A DNA stretch of 64,000 nucleotides from Eledone cirrhosa. Lineage: Eukaryota. The DNA is taken from assembly GCA_964016885.1 (NCBI GenBank), contig OZ024754.1:1054001-1118000 (forward strand), given 5' to 3'. Position 1 is the stretch's first letter; every line of letters begins with the position of its first letter. The notes below the pieces were generated by a model that saw only the letters and a list, made by a program, of their open reading frames with translations, searched no databases and was not told where the DNA came from. A program made the position numbers and the translations under genes. Of this stretch, positions 12,641 to 27,090 are shown one piece after another.

Positions 12641-12714
12641 TCACCTGACGAGATCAGTGATAATCGATCATGGCTACACGATCGATCTATCTCTTATTGA
12701 AACATGTGTCGTGA
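12641..12714 (+). ncRNA. Type-I hammerhead, canonical core
   Basis: tcac CTGACGA gatcagtgata..atcgatc/gatcgat..tatctcttatt GAAA catgtg TC gtga; preceded by a P..GLN-type PLE ORF end near 12560-12600; followed by (TA)n. Confidence 0.8.
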
Positions 12715-12752
12715 TTAAAATGATTGGAAATTTATACCATGCCTTCGGATCT

Positions 12753-12858
<106 letters not shown>

Positions 12859-12998
12859 GTTTATGTTGGTTGTATACCAACACCTCAGTATGCAGGCTGG
12901 AGCACTCGACGAAGTGCGCAGGTTGGTTTGGTTACTCCGGAGTAGTGTAAAATAAAGTTAAATAAAAGTCAAATGATTAAAATTTAGCTTCGTTTATT

Positions 12999-13053
12999 AC
13001 TGCTATATATATTTCAGTGACAGCCATCTTTGGCTGTGACCTCTTCAGGCAGT
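12999..13053 (-). ncRNA. Minimal type-I hammerhead
   Basis: Inverted copy of 14123-14177. Confidence 0.85.
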
Positions 13054-14122
13054 TTGAATTAGTATGGTATAGACAAGTACATATGTTGTTTAGGTGTATG
13101 ATATTGTCAATACTCTGATATGCCCAGTTCCTTGCTGGGTTGTTAATTCACTGGGGAACTGGAGTCATATGAATTCAAACAAACGAATTTTCGTGTCACA
13201 GGTCCCCTTCTCCTCTCATTGGTCAGTTATTAGTGTTGTCATTGTTGGAGTTAGCTTAAAAATTGATAAAATGGTAGAAGGGACAAGGTGTTGAAGGAAC
13301 AAAATATCAAAAAATGTGTCAAACTTCCCATTGTTCAGTTCTGAGAGCATTCCTCAGTCAGAAGTCTATAGAATTCTTTCTGGGGTGAGGCTCCCTGTAG
13401 TGTTTATGCCTGCTATTGTTCAGTACATTTGACCTCCACCATTATTTTGGTACTGTTGTTGTTGTAGTGGTCAGCTTATACCTTGCTGCTGCTAACAATT
13501 TAGAAGTATTCAGTTTGTGTTTTCTCTTCATCCCACCCGCCACCATCGTAGTGGTGGTGGCGGGGGGGGGGTTATTTCATGTATATGAAGAAATATAAGG
13601 CAATAAATGAAGAAAACAGAAGATAAATAAATAATATAATAAAATATTAGAGAAAACACAAACTGAATACTTCTAAATTGTTAGCAGCAGCAAGGTATAA
13701 GCTGACCACTACAACAACAACAGTACCAAAATAATGGTGGAGGTCAAATGTACTGAACAATAGCAGGCATAAACACTACAGGGAGCCTCACCCCAGAAAG
13801 AATTCTATAGACTTCTGACTGAGGAATGCTCTCAGAACTGAACAATGGGAAGTTTGACACATTTTTTGATATTTTGTTCCTTCAACACCTTGTCCCTTCT
13901 ACCATTTTATCAATTTTTAAGCTAACTCCAACAATGACAACACTAATAACTGACCAATGAGAGGAGAAGGGGACCTGTGACACGAAAATTCGTTTGTTTG
14001 AATTCATATGACTCCAGTTCCCCAGTGAATTAACAACCCAGCAAGGAACTGGGCATATCAGAGTATTGACAATATCATACACCTAAACAACATATGTACT
14101 TGTCTATACCATACTAATTCAA

Positions 14123-14177
14123 ACTGCCTGAAGAGGTCACAGCCAAAGATGGCTGTCACTGAAATATATATAGCAGT
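14123..14177 (+). ncRNA. Minimal type-I hammerhead
   Basis: actgc CTGAAGA ggtcacagcca aaga tggctgtcact GAAA t atat a TA gcagt. Confidence 0.85.
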
Positions 14178-14274
14178 AATAAACGAAGCTAAATTTTAAT
14201 CATTTGACTTTTATTTAACTTTATTTTATATATATATATATATGTGTGTGTGTGTATATGTATATATATATGTG

Positions 14275-14351
<77 letters not shown>

Positions 14352-14353
<2 letters not shown>

Positions 14354-14548
14354 CGAAGGAAATGTGGTAAGGAACCAGGTGGACCATAACGCACCAAAGT
14401 ACTCAATACTTAGGGTAGTAGAGTGGGTAATAGGAACAAGTAGGACCCCGGCGGCTGAGCTCAACCCGTTTCGACGGCTAATTCTGTACTCAGTACAGAA
14501 TTAGCCGTCGAAACGGCTTGAGCTCAGCCGTCGGGGTCTTACTTGTTC
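14352..14548 (-). mobile_element. PLE 3' end folded back inside a hammerhead (only the GAAA half survives); related copy at 61770-61905
   Basis: Palindrome centred at 14491; c GAAA cggg TT gagct; actc...gagt hairpin at 14401-14424. Confidence 0.7.
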
Positions 14549-14579
<31 letters not shown>

Positions 14580-14717
14580 CAAACTCACACAGACACACTC
14601 ACATATTTTCCTTCCGGCAGTATAACACGTTGTTATGGACACTCGTTTTGATAGATAAGTAAGACTAATTAGAACTTAAGAAAAACATATTGCCAAAGGA
14701 TACTATCTCGTTAGAGG

Positions 14718-14773
<56 letters not shown>

Positions 14774-14779
14774 GTATAA

Positions 14780-14950
<171 letters not shown>

Positions 14951-15223
14951 GATATAGATATAGATATATAAACGGAAAAAATGAAACGAAATTTCATTTC
15001 CCACTCTTAGTACGGCTTTTACTTAAATATAAGCATGTACACGTACATACATACAGTAGTATGAATATATATATATATACATACATGCACACATATATAT
15101 AGGTACGTATGGATTCACCGAACATTTATTATAATGCTCTGTGTGTTTGTAAACAAACATCCCGTATTAAGCCGTAGTGTCCAGCAACCATCGTTGCTCG
15201 TTTGTTCAACACTGACAAAGGAA

Positions 15224-15264
15224 CGCTGTACTAGTTTCAAGCGTATTAGCTATCGCCAGCAACG
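15224..15264 (-). ncRNA. Minimal hammerhead motif, A6G core
   Basis: Minus strand: cgttg CTGGCGA tagc taatac gctt GAAA ctag TA cagcg; homologue at 62911-62952. Confidence 0.6.
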
Positions 15265-15561
15265 TATACCTTCCTGCCAGAGTGTTGAACGTCTGAAAGC
15301 ATATACTATCCTTATGCATATTAACGGCTGAGCAGCCCAATTTTCATATCGAGTGGGTTAATCGGCCGGGTGAACCGAAAACGATAAACGGAAAAAATGA
15401 AACAAAATTTCATTTCCCACTCTTAGTACGCTGTTACTTAAATATAAGTATGTACACGTACATTTCACAAGGAAGACATTATTAAAAGATTGTCAACATA
15501 TTTTAGTTTGATGTAAGGAATGTAGAGAATAATAATAATAATATTAATAATAATAATGTCC

Positions 15562-15681
15562 GTTTACAATTGTTTCGCTACTCCATATAATATTTCTGGA
15601 TCAGAAGACTATATATCATAATTGATCTGGTTCAGTTGAAAATAATTAACATATTTAAAAGACAGAGCGGCTCATCGGAAC
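15562..15681 (-). ncRNA. Hammerhead motif, U4C core (third copy of the 9428 family)
   Basis: Minus strand: gtt CCGATGA gccgctctgt...atggagtagc GAAA caattg TA aac. Confidence 0.7.
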
Positions 15682-15939
15682 TTCAAAGGAATATAAATTA
15701 AAATAATGAGAGAATGTTACATAATATAATGTTCCATATATTGGTTTTTCACTATGGTGTCTTGGTTGCATCAGTTGTCAGCCATAATCAAGCAGTATTC
15801 ATCTGACCAGTGGAGAAAGCAAATCACCTTGAAAACTTCCACAAGGCCCCAGCATGGCCTCAGCTGGATGGCTGGAATAGGTAAAAGAATAAAAGAGTAG
15901 ATAATACTTATGCTGCTGGAATTTATAGTTCCATCACTG

Positions 15940-17237
15940 TGTGACTGATGGATTTGTATTACATATGACATGTTGTATTTCAGGAAGTTTGATATTACTG
16001 GGGAAATTTTCAGAACATCCCAAGTTTTCAAAATCCATGAGTGTGGAACACTATCAAATGCTTTTTCATAGTCAATTCAAGCAGTACTCAGTACTCAATT
16101 TATGACAATTTTCCAGAATTATACGATTAATGAGAATTTGGTCTTAGCACTCGTAAGACCTTTCTGCTCAATAAGGAAAAAATAATTTTAATCCATAAAT
16201 TTGTAGGCTGTCTCAGTCAAGATTGATATAAGAATTTTGTATGATGTGTGAAGACAAGTGATAGGACGATAATTTTTTGGAATATTTGTTTCTGTCGATT
16301 TTGGCAAGAAATATGTTATACCTTGTGCAAATTAATCAAGAGTCTTCCCAGGATTGTGCATAATTTCGTTATAATATTTTATCAACATATCATGTGTAGC
16401 AGTTAGGGAAGATAACCTGAAGTTTGGCACTTTATCAATGTCAGGAGATTTCCATTTGTTGGCTTTCTTTAGTTCCAATTCCAGTTCTTCCTTGCTAAAT
16501 CATTGTCTGTTTCTTCCATGTTCTTTATCCATTCTGCATTTGCATTATGAGATTTTTCTGTACGTCATACTGTTTTTCAAAATTCTTCAGTTTCATGAAT
16601 TGAAGAAGGTTCCTTTACTTGAATTATCTCTGTCCCAATTTCCCTATAAAACCTTTTTGCATCTGACATAATCAGCTTATTTTGCCTGTAAAATCTATTT
16701 CGCTTTTCAAATCATTGGATTCTTTGAGCTTTCAGCTGTTTCAGGATTTCTTTGTTTGATGGAATATCAGGTTTTGAAGTTATTTGTATTTCTTAACCCT
16801 TTTCCTTCTTGTTCTTGACTTGACAGATTTCTCAGCGCATATTTTATCCAGTATCGATATTTCTACCCTTATTTCAATTTTCTTTCTCAATTTTTATCTT
16901 CCATGGTGTTTTTGTGATTGTTGTGTCCTTTTCGCTTTTCCCTTAACTCCTTAACCCACATTTCCTTTCTATTACCGTTGCTGTTGCATGAATAACCTCA
17001 TTCAGTCCCCATCTCTTCAATTATTGCTTTAACAGCCTGATTTCCAGTTTTTATGTGTTTTTTATTCTGGTTGTTGCTTGTCAATTTTGGCATGGATTCT
17101 CTTTCACCGATACTAATGTTTATTTTTTTTATTTTTCCAAGTTCATTGATATTTTCTTGTTTTGTTTGTTCTATCTGATCTTTATCTTCATAAGTAGAGA
17201 TACCCTCATCCATATTGTTAATCTGTCTTTCAATTTG

Positions 17238-17240
<3 letters not shown>
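15940..17240 (-). mobile_element. Degraded R4/Dong-type LINE reverse-transcriptase region
   Basis: Minus strand TYFLPKSTETNIPKNYRPITCLHTSYKIL...EQKG...IDYEKAFDSVPHSWI motifs with many stops. Confidence 0.8.
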
Positions 17241-17292
<52 letters not shown>

Positions 17293-17482
17293 ATGTGTGT
17301 GTGTGTATGGAAGATTGTGGTTGGTTGATCTGTAGCCATATTCAGAGCAGAGAGTCTACTATGTAGTCACCACAAATAAAAAAAAACAATTGTGGTGTCT
17401 CCATGGTTAATAAAAAAAAAAGAATGATTGAATTCAATAATTTTATACAGATACAAAATATCTTGCAATATTTAGTTTTGTT

Positions 17483-17700
17483 GGTGGATTGGAAGTAATC
17501 GGTAGAGCGTCGGACAACATGCTTTATGGCATAGAGTTGTGGAATTTTACAATCTAAGTTCAAATCCTACCGAAGTTAGCTTTGCCTTTCATACTTTACG
17601 AGGTAGATAAAATAAAGTACCAGTATTGCACTAGGGTCGATTTAATCGGCTTTCCCCTCTCCCAAAATTGTTGGCCTCGGCCTAAGTCAGAAACCAATAT
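17483..17700 (+). mobile_element. tRNA-derived SINE (same family as 4796)
   Basis: A/B boxes plus ctttgcctttcat...gataaaataaagtaccag core. Confidence 0.8.
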
Positions 17701-17836
17701 TTAGTTATGTCTCTTTAAGTAATGAGTTCAAATCCCACCAAGTTTAACTTTGCATTTCATCTTTTCAGAATCAATGAAAGAATTTACCAGTTCAATTAAT
17801 TGATTTACCACTTTCCCAAAATATATATGCACATGC

Positions 17837-17908
<72 letters not shown>

Positions 17909-18173
17909 ATATGTATATGTGTGTTTGTGTGTGTGTGTGTGTTTGTGCATAGAACAATGAAACAAAGACAGAGGTCAGAATTCTGTAAATGACTCTGTAA
18001 CCCGGACGGATCTTCTTCGAAGAAATCTGAAGCTGTGGTCACCTACTACAAAAACTACTAGTCACACCACCTAATCTCACTGCACTGCATCTTTCCAAGG
18101 GACACATTGGATTCTAATAACGTTATCAGCCCCCCCCCCCCGCACACACACACACACAACCAGGTGGAATACG

Positions 18174-18205
<32 letters not shown>

Positions 18206-18601
18206 ATAAACATACAATATATCCTATTTATCTATATATATTATGAATATATATACACACCCACCCACCCATATATGTATGTGTGTGTGTGTGTGCGTGC
18301 GCGCGCGTGTGTGTGGATACATTATTTGTACACTTAGAAATAAATATACTATTGTTTATTGAAGAATAGGGAATGACTATCCAATATTATTTACGGTTAA
18401 AGATTTCAGCGTTTCACTCAACCGCACTGAAACTCCATTCGTACAAAACATTAGTTTTATGTATAATGCTCAAGAGATGGATTGATATAAACATTTATAT
18501 TTTATATGTATTTTTTTCGTCAATAAATGTTTGTAAATAAGCTGTAATTTTCCTGCATGCAAATGATTGTTCCTCCGATATAAGCTATGATATATACATA
18601 A

Positions 18602-18714
<113 letters not shown>

Positions 18715-20170
18715 CTTTACACTGTTTCTTCATTCTTTTTCTAAGCTATTCTATTCTATTCTCTCTAACTCTCTCTCTCTCAACTTACCTATTTAGTTTT
18801 CTTTTTTTATTCTTTCTTCTATCAGACGACATTGAAGAGACAGCTTATGCTTTGATTTCGTGTGGACTTTAGAAAATGCAACGTAAATGAATTTATTTTG
18901 AAGTATTTCCAGTATATGGCTGTCTCTATAATTTATATGTATTCATTTTCAGCACTTCAGGCCAAGCGGATAAATTGATGATTTTGTATCTATGTTAAAA
19001 ATAAATATCTGATAGTAATTTTAAAGAAAAAAATTATCTTTAAGGACGCAACAAAATAACAAAAAAAGAAAATAACTTGTACAAAGTGTTAATACAGATC
19101 CGTTTTTTTTTTTTTTTATTATTCTGAATACATTTCACTCAGAATAGCATTTACTTTAAAAAAAAAAATGGTTGAAAATATTTTTTATTGTCGAAGCATT
19201 TCAATATGTTATTGCCGGAAGGTTACAAAGCTGAAAATGGAACTTCGTTAGATTTGAACTCAGAGCGTAACTAAATATCGCAAGACATTTTGTGCAACAT
19301 TTTAATCTTTCTGACAATCTCTCTACATTCTGTCTACATTCGATAAAAATTTTGGTTTCTAATTTAGACAAAAGGGAAGGAAAATTCTGGTACATAACTG
19401 GTACTTCTTTTTATCGACTCCGGAAAAAGGAAAGCCAAAATGAATGTAAATTTAAGGCATTTTAGTGTGTGTTTATTATTTGTGTTGCATATTCATTTGT
19501 GTAATTAATATATTTTTATAGACTATTTTTATCAAATTTATTGGCCTTGTATCTAAATAAGAAATCATTATATTGTGATTTTACTCTTATGGTTGTCGTG
19601 TATTCTTGTGTGTGTATATTGGGGGCGTTTGCAAATATATATATGTATATGTTTGGAATGTATTCTTTGTATGTGTGAGAATATGTGAGTGGATGTATAT
19701 ATGTATTCATAGATGGGTGTGGAAATGTGTTTATAGTTATGTCTGTATGTAAGTATACATGCATATGTATATAAGTGCAGTTAAGTATATAGGTACATAA
19801 GTATGTTATACATATATGTTGTACGTAGCAGCAGGAATACAAGCAAATCCTTTTTTCCATCTTATTTTGACAATTAACTACAAATAAACATTATAGAAAA
19901 ACTGTCAAACCCATTTAGTTTATATAAGGTAGAAGTACCAGCCCTTACATTTCCCATATGTTCTATGTCATGTAAAAATCATTTCTAGGTACGTGATCTG
20001 TGGCAATCCTTGAAACTCAGAGTAGCAATGGAGAGTACTTTCAAGCAATATACATATATATATGTTTCGATTTTGATGATTTCATACGAATGAAACAATT
20101 TATTTTTCTAACGCCATGTTTCGTGAACATTACAATAGAACACAATAGCACAATAGGGGGAAACATGATA

Positions 20171-20224
20171 ATAGTACCACTGTGGATGTTGCAGATGTGC
20201 AACGAAAGAACTTTGTTAGACTAT
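20171..20224 (+). ncRNA. Degenerate hammerhead (family X), direct-repeat partner of 22076-22129
   Basis: CTGTGGA t gttgca gatg tgcaac GAAA; core damaged. Confidence 0.4.
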
Positions 20225-20459
20225 ATATATATATTTATATCTGTATTTTTAACCGGTAGTCATACAATGATAAACATTGATTGCCAAATAAATTAACTAT
20301 GGAGATATAAAAGATACAGAAGCGAAAACCAACCAAACAATGAGTGTGTTCTGTTATTATTTCTGGCAATATTATTACAACAATATGACCCTCTCCAAGT
20401 ATAACAATATTTGTTTCGACACACGATTTCGAAGATAATACGTCATAATTAGGAGCGAC

Positions 20460-21117
20460 ACATATATATATATATTTTTTTTATATATATTTTTTATGTC
20501 TATTTGGTGTATACGTTCGTATGTGTGAGGGTACAGGAGTTGCGTGAGTTCTGTATGTGCGTGCGTAGTTTTTTGTGTACGTGCTTGTATTTGCATACCC
20601 ATGACGGGTGTTTTCGCGTATGCATGTGTTTGTACGTATATGGATGCGTGCATGTATATATTTAATTTTTGTTGATTTCAATTACCTCTGTAATTTATTT
20701 ACATTATTCTTAACTCTGAAACCGAGTGTCACTCGGTTTCCTAAATAGAATTTTAGTCTACGACTTCAGTTATACCATAAACGTGGTTTTGTCTTTGCGT
20801 GTAATTGTTTTCACCGCTCCTAATTATGACGTATTATCTTCCTTTTTTCCGTTCTTTGCCAGGGAACGTTTCTACGAACCAAAGTATCGTCTTCCTGTCT
20901 TCCTTCGGTTGCAAAGTTTTTCGAAATATTTACTTCTGCGTTCACGGATTGATTTTTTTAGTTTCAGAAGATCCCGTTAAGGGTGAAAGCAGCAATTCTT
21001 TGCTTAAACTTTAATCTGTTATTTTAATAAATATTTGCTCTACGGTTCTTATATATTTGATATATATTTATCCTTATCGAGCCCTCTTTGGATTTTAGTC
21101 TTCAAATTTATTATTAT

Positions 21118-21120
<3 letters not shown>
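20460..21120 (+). mobile_element. PLE family Y 3' UTR remnant
   Basis: Homologous to 6690-7228 and reverse complement of 49620-50270; ends at (TA)n. Confidence 0.8.
20960..21010 (+). ncRNA. Type-I hammerhead motif, U4A core
   Basis: agttt CAGAAGA tccc gttaa gggt GAAA gca...tgc TT aaact. Confidence 0.7.
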
Positions 21121-21158
<38 letters not shown>

Positions 21159-21170
21159 TATCTATTATTT

Positions 21171-21610
21171 CCGCAATGTAATTGTAGAAATCGGGAAGAC
21201 TGCCCTCTATCCGGGAAATGCCTCTCCAGTAATATTGTCTACACATGTAAGGTCGACACACCCACGTCTAGTAGGGCCTGCATAGGGTTAACCGCCAATA
21301 GATTCAAGCAGCGTCTTTACATGCACACCCATTCTTTTCTTAACCCTTTAAGAAGGAACATGACGTCACTTTCAGCTTATATTTGGAGTCTAAATGACAA
21401 TCACACCCAATATAGGTTACACTTGGAGATGCCAGCTAAACGTATAACGGAAACAAAAGACCATGCGATCTTGGCGCTGCTGAAGCCCTGGAAATACTCT
21501 ACGTCAATAGTATCTTCTTAAACAAAAAATCTGAGGCAATTTCGGCTTGTAAACACAAATTGCATAAAACTTTCCTGTATTACAGCCTCACATTATACCC
21601 TAACGGATAG
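21171..21610 (+). pseudogene. PLE Cys-rich linker plus GIY-YIG endonuclease fragment (frameshifted)
   Basis: PQCNCRNREDCPLSGKCLSSNIVYTCKVDTPTSSRACIGLTANRFKQRLYMHTHSF...TSLSAYIWSL, then RPCDL..AEALEILYVNSIFLNKKSEAISACKH; IVY...(Y)IG.T...FKxR...H is the GIY-YIG signature. Confidence 0.9.
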
Positions 21611-22075
21611 TACGAACGATACGCGGATAATTTACCTCTTGATAAGGTAGCTAAGTATATTTTATGTTTATACCATTACTTATTTGTATAGGTACGTATA
21701 ACCTTATACCTATGTTTGTGGAGGTACTTCTTCCTTCTCGTACGTATATATGCTTGTATATTTATTTATATTTCCCTTAAGTCATGGAATAACAACAACA
21801 ACCATACCCAAACAAACAATACTGACTTAAGGGAAATATAAATAAATAAATATATATATATACACAAGTACAATAACAACAAACATATATAAACACACAC
21901 TAGTAAACAAAGATAGAATACAAAAACAAAAACACATACCCTCAAATGCGAACACACACAAAACATTACACACACACACACGCAAATGCATGCGCAGAGA
22001 CAGAGACAAGAATAAATAAATAAATAATTAAAATAAAAACGGCGTAGACATTACAATACAATGGGAAGAAACATA

Positions 22076-22129
22076 ATAGTACCACTGATGATGTCGCAGA
22101 TGTGCAACGAAAGAACTTTTATAGACTAT
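22076..22129 (+). ncRNA. Hammerhead motif (family X), weak helices I and III
   Basis: atagtacca CTGATGA t gtcgca gatg tgcaac GAAA gaact TT ...actat. Confidence 0.5.
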
Positions 22130-22367
22130 ATATATATATATTTATATCTGTATTTTTAACCGTTGGTCAATCAATGATAAACATTGATTGCCAAATAAAT
22201 TAACTATGGAGATATAAAAGAGGCAGAAGCGAAAACCAACCAAACAGTGAGTGTGTTCTGTTATTATTTCTGGCAATATTATTACAATATGACCTTCCCC
22301 AAGTATAACAATATTTGTTTCGACACACGGTTTCATATAAAAAACGTTGCAAAACAAATATATATAT

Positions 22368-22461
<94 letters not shown>

Positions 22462-23500
22462 TACAAAATCACAATTGAGCGTTAGAGTTAATTCATTATA
22501 TATTATTTTATTAGGATTAGGATCGCATCCGGGAAATTTAGATCTCATATTCTTTACCATTCAGATGTCTTTTGTATTAGTCTATATGCAGATAAATAAT
22601 TTGATAACGTTGATTTGTCAATAAGGTTACAAAGAAAATTAAATTACATTCCATGGAGTATAAAATTTAATTAATTGGGCGTAAGAATACATTTGTAGTC
22701 TTCAATTAATATTGTTATTTTAGTTATGAAATCGAACGTACAGGTTTTATTCAATTTATATGCGATTCGCAACCAGCGATGTTAAGTAAATCATTAATAT
22801 ATCGTAAAATATTTCATTTCTAATTATCTCATTGATTTAAATGACAATTTTCACGAGAATTGAATTGCACAATCAAAATATATACTGTATAATAACTAAG
22901 TGAACATCTGCTGCTTTTATTGAAAACGGCAGGAGGTTGTGTTGGACCTAATGGAATATTCGTGACTATTTGTATATATAACAAAGAAAATGAATATCTG
23001 TAAACAGTAGTTTGTAGTAATGTAGCTATATCTAGATGTGTACGTGGTCTATTTCCGATGGAATAATACTTTCATATGTGTATTTCCTACATATAATAAA
23101 GCCTGAGATTTGCAGTAAAAGCTAACCACATCTTATGAAGATGCTGATTCTTGGGAAAAGGGAAATAAAATCACAGTCTACATGTAATGCTGCAATTAAT
23201 TTGGATACGACTGGGGAAGCTGGCTTACAACAAATTTTGATTTTCGTTTCTATAACCAAATCTTTCCATTATTTCTCATAAAAGAATAGAAAAAATATTG
23301 AAAGATTGGAAACGATGTTGGAATAATTGTTCCTAACATGATTTACCTTGAGAATGCTGTACCGTGATCACCTCCAGCTTACTATAAATTGATCTTTAAG
23401 AATTCCTTCGCATCTTCACTATTTATAACTTTACTCAGCATAACAGGGAACTTGTTAAGAAGATATATTCCAATATAGGACACAAATAATGAATACGATA

Positions 23501-23913
23501 ATGACCGAAAGAATACGATCGCGAACACAAGCGGTCGAAATGAGATTCTCTCGAAGGGTCTTGGGAGTAACGTTACTTGATAGAGTGTATAGCTCGGAGA
23601 TCAGAGAGTCATTACTTCTCCGAATTGAAAGATCACAGCTCCGATTACTATGAACATGTGGTTAGAATGTCTCAGGGAAGAATCGCTGGACAGATTTTAC
23701 GGGCAATACAAACTAGCAGGAGACCCAGGGGTAGACCCTGAGTAAGATTGTTGGATAACATCCATGAGCTCGGCTGGTCTCGCTTTCGGAATCCAGCCGG
23801 ATCAGTTGGAGACGGTTGCTTCTGACAGGGCCCACTATCAGAAGAAGAAGAAGAAGAAGAAGAAGAAGAAGAAGAAGAAGAAGAAGAAGAAGAAGAAGAA
23901 GAAGAAGAAGAAG
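23501..23913 (+). mobile_element. RTE-clade LINE 3' end with (GAA)n tail
   Basis: Same family as 4356-4783. Confidence 0.8.
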
Positions 23914-24327
23914 ATTTTCTTTGAAGATCTTATAATCTTTCTTTGAAGTCTTATAATCTGGAATAGTATATTTAAATATAGGATTAACAGTTATAAGATT
24001 TATGATAAGAGCAAAAAATAAATAATCTGATTTAAATAGATTAAGGTTGTAATTTGGAGTATTTATTCATAATTACGATTAATATATCTAAAATTAAAGA
24101 TACGGAAACAGAGTAGAAAAAAACTGATTATGGCTAGAAGTAATAAATGTCGGCATCAATTACTCGGTGTGGTGAGATTATAGGAGACTTTGATAAATAC
24201 AATTGTCGTGAATAGTGAAGAATCTAAAGTTTAGAACTCTTGTTCTTTGTGTGGGGAGAGGAAAGATAATAGGCTCTTGTACATTTCGATGGGTTTTTCT
24301 AACTATTCAGAGATTATTGGGAAAGAG

Positions 24328-24425
<98 letters not shown>

Positions 24426-25089
24426 TTATAGAGAGCTAAATACCTTATTTTTTACACTAAATATTTATATATATTTATATATATTGATATATATATATAT
24501 ACAGCAAGATCACAATATAAAACCAGAAGTAGTGTAAGATAAAAACAGCCATTCCTTTCTTTACACTAAAATGTTTGTACTCAATTTTACTTAAAACCAA
24601 TCTACATTATAAAATATAACTATATCAATCAGGGATTGTAGTATTTCTTTACTGGTTGGTTTAATGGTACACAGGTAATTCTCTATTATTTTGCCTTCAG
24701 TGAAACGTTGGTTGCTCTGTTGGAAACATGTAGTTGTGTTTAAATCGCATTTATCAACGTCCATAGTATTACAATGTAGATGAAATGATTGTGAATGTAA
24801 ATTACGTTCACCAAGATTTAACTGTGTAACTGTCGTAACAAAGTCGCCATAAGATTAATCATATTGTTTTACAATATTAGCTTCGTTTAGCATGGCAGAA
24901 ATATCATTACACTTTAGGCTCGTAGCATATTTTGAGGCACATATATAACCAAATGAATAAGCGGATTGTATTATAGGGGACAAATAATGAAATGTTATTG
25001 TATTCATAGCTTTCTAAATGTTATTTCCATTATATGTGGAATGGACTGTCATCAGATTGAAGTAGATTCATACTGCTAACCATGTAGCA

Positions 25090-25252
25090 CAAGAATGGGC
25101 AATCTTTTTCGAGCAATGGGCCACTTAGGATGTGGCTTTTTATAAGGCGGACCGCATTACTAAAAAGTCAAGGCAATTTTGAAATTAGGCGAAACATTCA
25201 GATAACCAAACGGGCAGCATGCGACTCGTGGGCCGTAGTTTTCCTATGACTG
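25090..25252. mobile_element. Degraded hAT-like MITE
   Basis: caagaatgggcaa ... gggccgtagttttcctatgactg imperfect TIRs. Confidence 0.45.
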
Positions 25253-27035
25253 ATCTAGGAACATGAGAAAAATGTGGTATTTTTTAGAACCATTGATTCC
25301 ACTGTAATGATTAAACTAAGCTTATTATATAAAATATGGATTAGAAAACAAGAAAATATTCTACTCACTCATTTAATTGTTTGTTTTTGTTTTTGTGTGT
25401 GTTTTTTTCAGAAACTTGCTAAATAATTACTCGTAATTGAATCAGTAATTAGAACAACACTAGTAGCAAACTAAATAAAGAAATGAAATAAAAATCGATA
25501 CAAAATATTTTGAATTATTGTTTTTTAAGATAAGATCAAATAAATACAATTGATTGCATTTACTAAATTTTTCCTCTTCCGAAGTTCCCCTTTACGAGTA
25601 TTTCACTACTGAGGAATTGCTAGTTTCTTTGAAATAATAATGTAAAGTAATAATTTAGAACATCACAGGTTGGAACATCAAACTAAATGTTGTATACTAT
25701 TAACAATGTCTTTCATCTTATCGGGATCGATAAAAATTTACTGAGTTCATTTAAATAGATTACAATCTCATAGAAAGAAAAAATGGTTTTCTGTCAAATA
25801 AAAAGGAACATTAAAAGAGGAATAAAAAATACTTTAGTCCTTTAACCAGGGCCTCCAAGTCTAGTGGAACAGAGGCGGGGGCGGAGAGAGATTACACTCA
25901 AAATGAAAACCTGGTCTGAATGCTTGCAACAAAATGGCCTCCACTAAAGTCACCCAGATGCCAGATAATGATATTGCAGAATACATTTGAGCTTAGAACG
26001 CAATATCGCCGAGGTCTACTTGATTTTTGGTAAAGATATTTATCGAATATTTCACGCATTTGGATCGAACCCAAGCCTCATGACTGCAAAACTAACTTCT
26101 TAACTACTCAGCCACTCCTGTGAAAGATACACCAATCCAATAGTGATATACAAAGTATATAAATTATATATGATTATACCATATAAACTATGTTTAGTTG
26201 TATATAAATTGTATAATATTATATATAAATATTTGGAGCTTTGTAAAGCATATTATCAACTAATTATTATTCGTGAATTTTTCTTACTTTCTTATACAGG
26301 CTGCTGTTTACATCGTATCTGTATTAGAAATAGCCACTTTTACTTCAGAATCCACCTGAGTTCTGTTTGTACACGATAGCTTCTTCAATACCCGAAAGAA
26401 AACGTTCCTTAAGATTTTACGGTATTGAGCTTGATTTAGAAATACGACATATCTAATCCTCATTCTCCCAGCTGTAGCAATACAATCATTAGAGAAACTA
26501 TAACACATGATGTAATAAAAAAAACATTGAAACGAAATTTGTTCAAAGGGTCTGAATGTTTATGCTATAATTTTATAACGGATGTCATCTTTTCCATTTT
26601 AGATGAATCGAACAAAATCATATTTTTTTTAAAAAGAAGATATATTTCTTTTCAGTGTTAAATAGATTTTTAAAGGAATATATAAAATATATAAACGCAG
26701 TCATAGTAATTAAGGAAAAAAAATACTATTAAATTCGAATGCGATAAACAAATGTGAAGCCTTAGATTTGGAGCAGATAAGTAAAGCAAAATGCAGATGC
26801 ATTTTCAGAGACATTAGCTATGACAACACTAGCGTGTTGATTGAAGATTTATCATTTCATCACACTGCTTACCACCAATATAATCATTTGAAGAGATAAA
26901 ACCCAATGAAGATTATTGTCGAAGTTAATCTCAAAATGTAGAGAAACGAAACCATAGTACGATTTCGGTCAAACACCTGTTCTATAAGCTGTACAGTCAA
27001 TTATCATTTTGTTTAAATAGGATGAAGTCTAAATT

Positions 27036-27073
<38 letters not shown>

Positions 27074-27090
27074 TTCTTTAGAAATCATCA

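Noticed and set aside
13094-14082. Identical 66-aa ORFs on both strands
   Set aside because: A by-product of the inverted repeat; no recognisable protein features.
20718-20741. gaaaccgagtg/actcggtttc hairpin, also near 6682 and 50006
   Set aside because: A simple hairpin in the family Y UTR; not a ribozyme core, and not a bacterial terminator in this eukaryotic context.
25015-25060. Minus-strand CTGATGA...GAAA
   Set aside because: Helix I does not close; probably chance.
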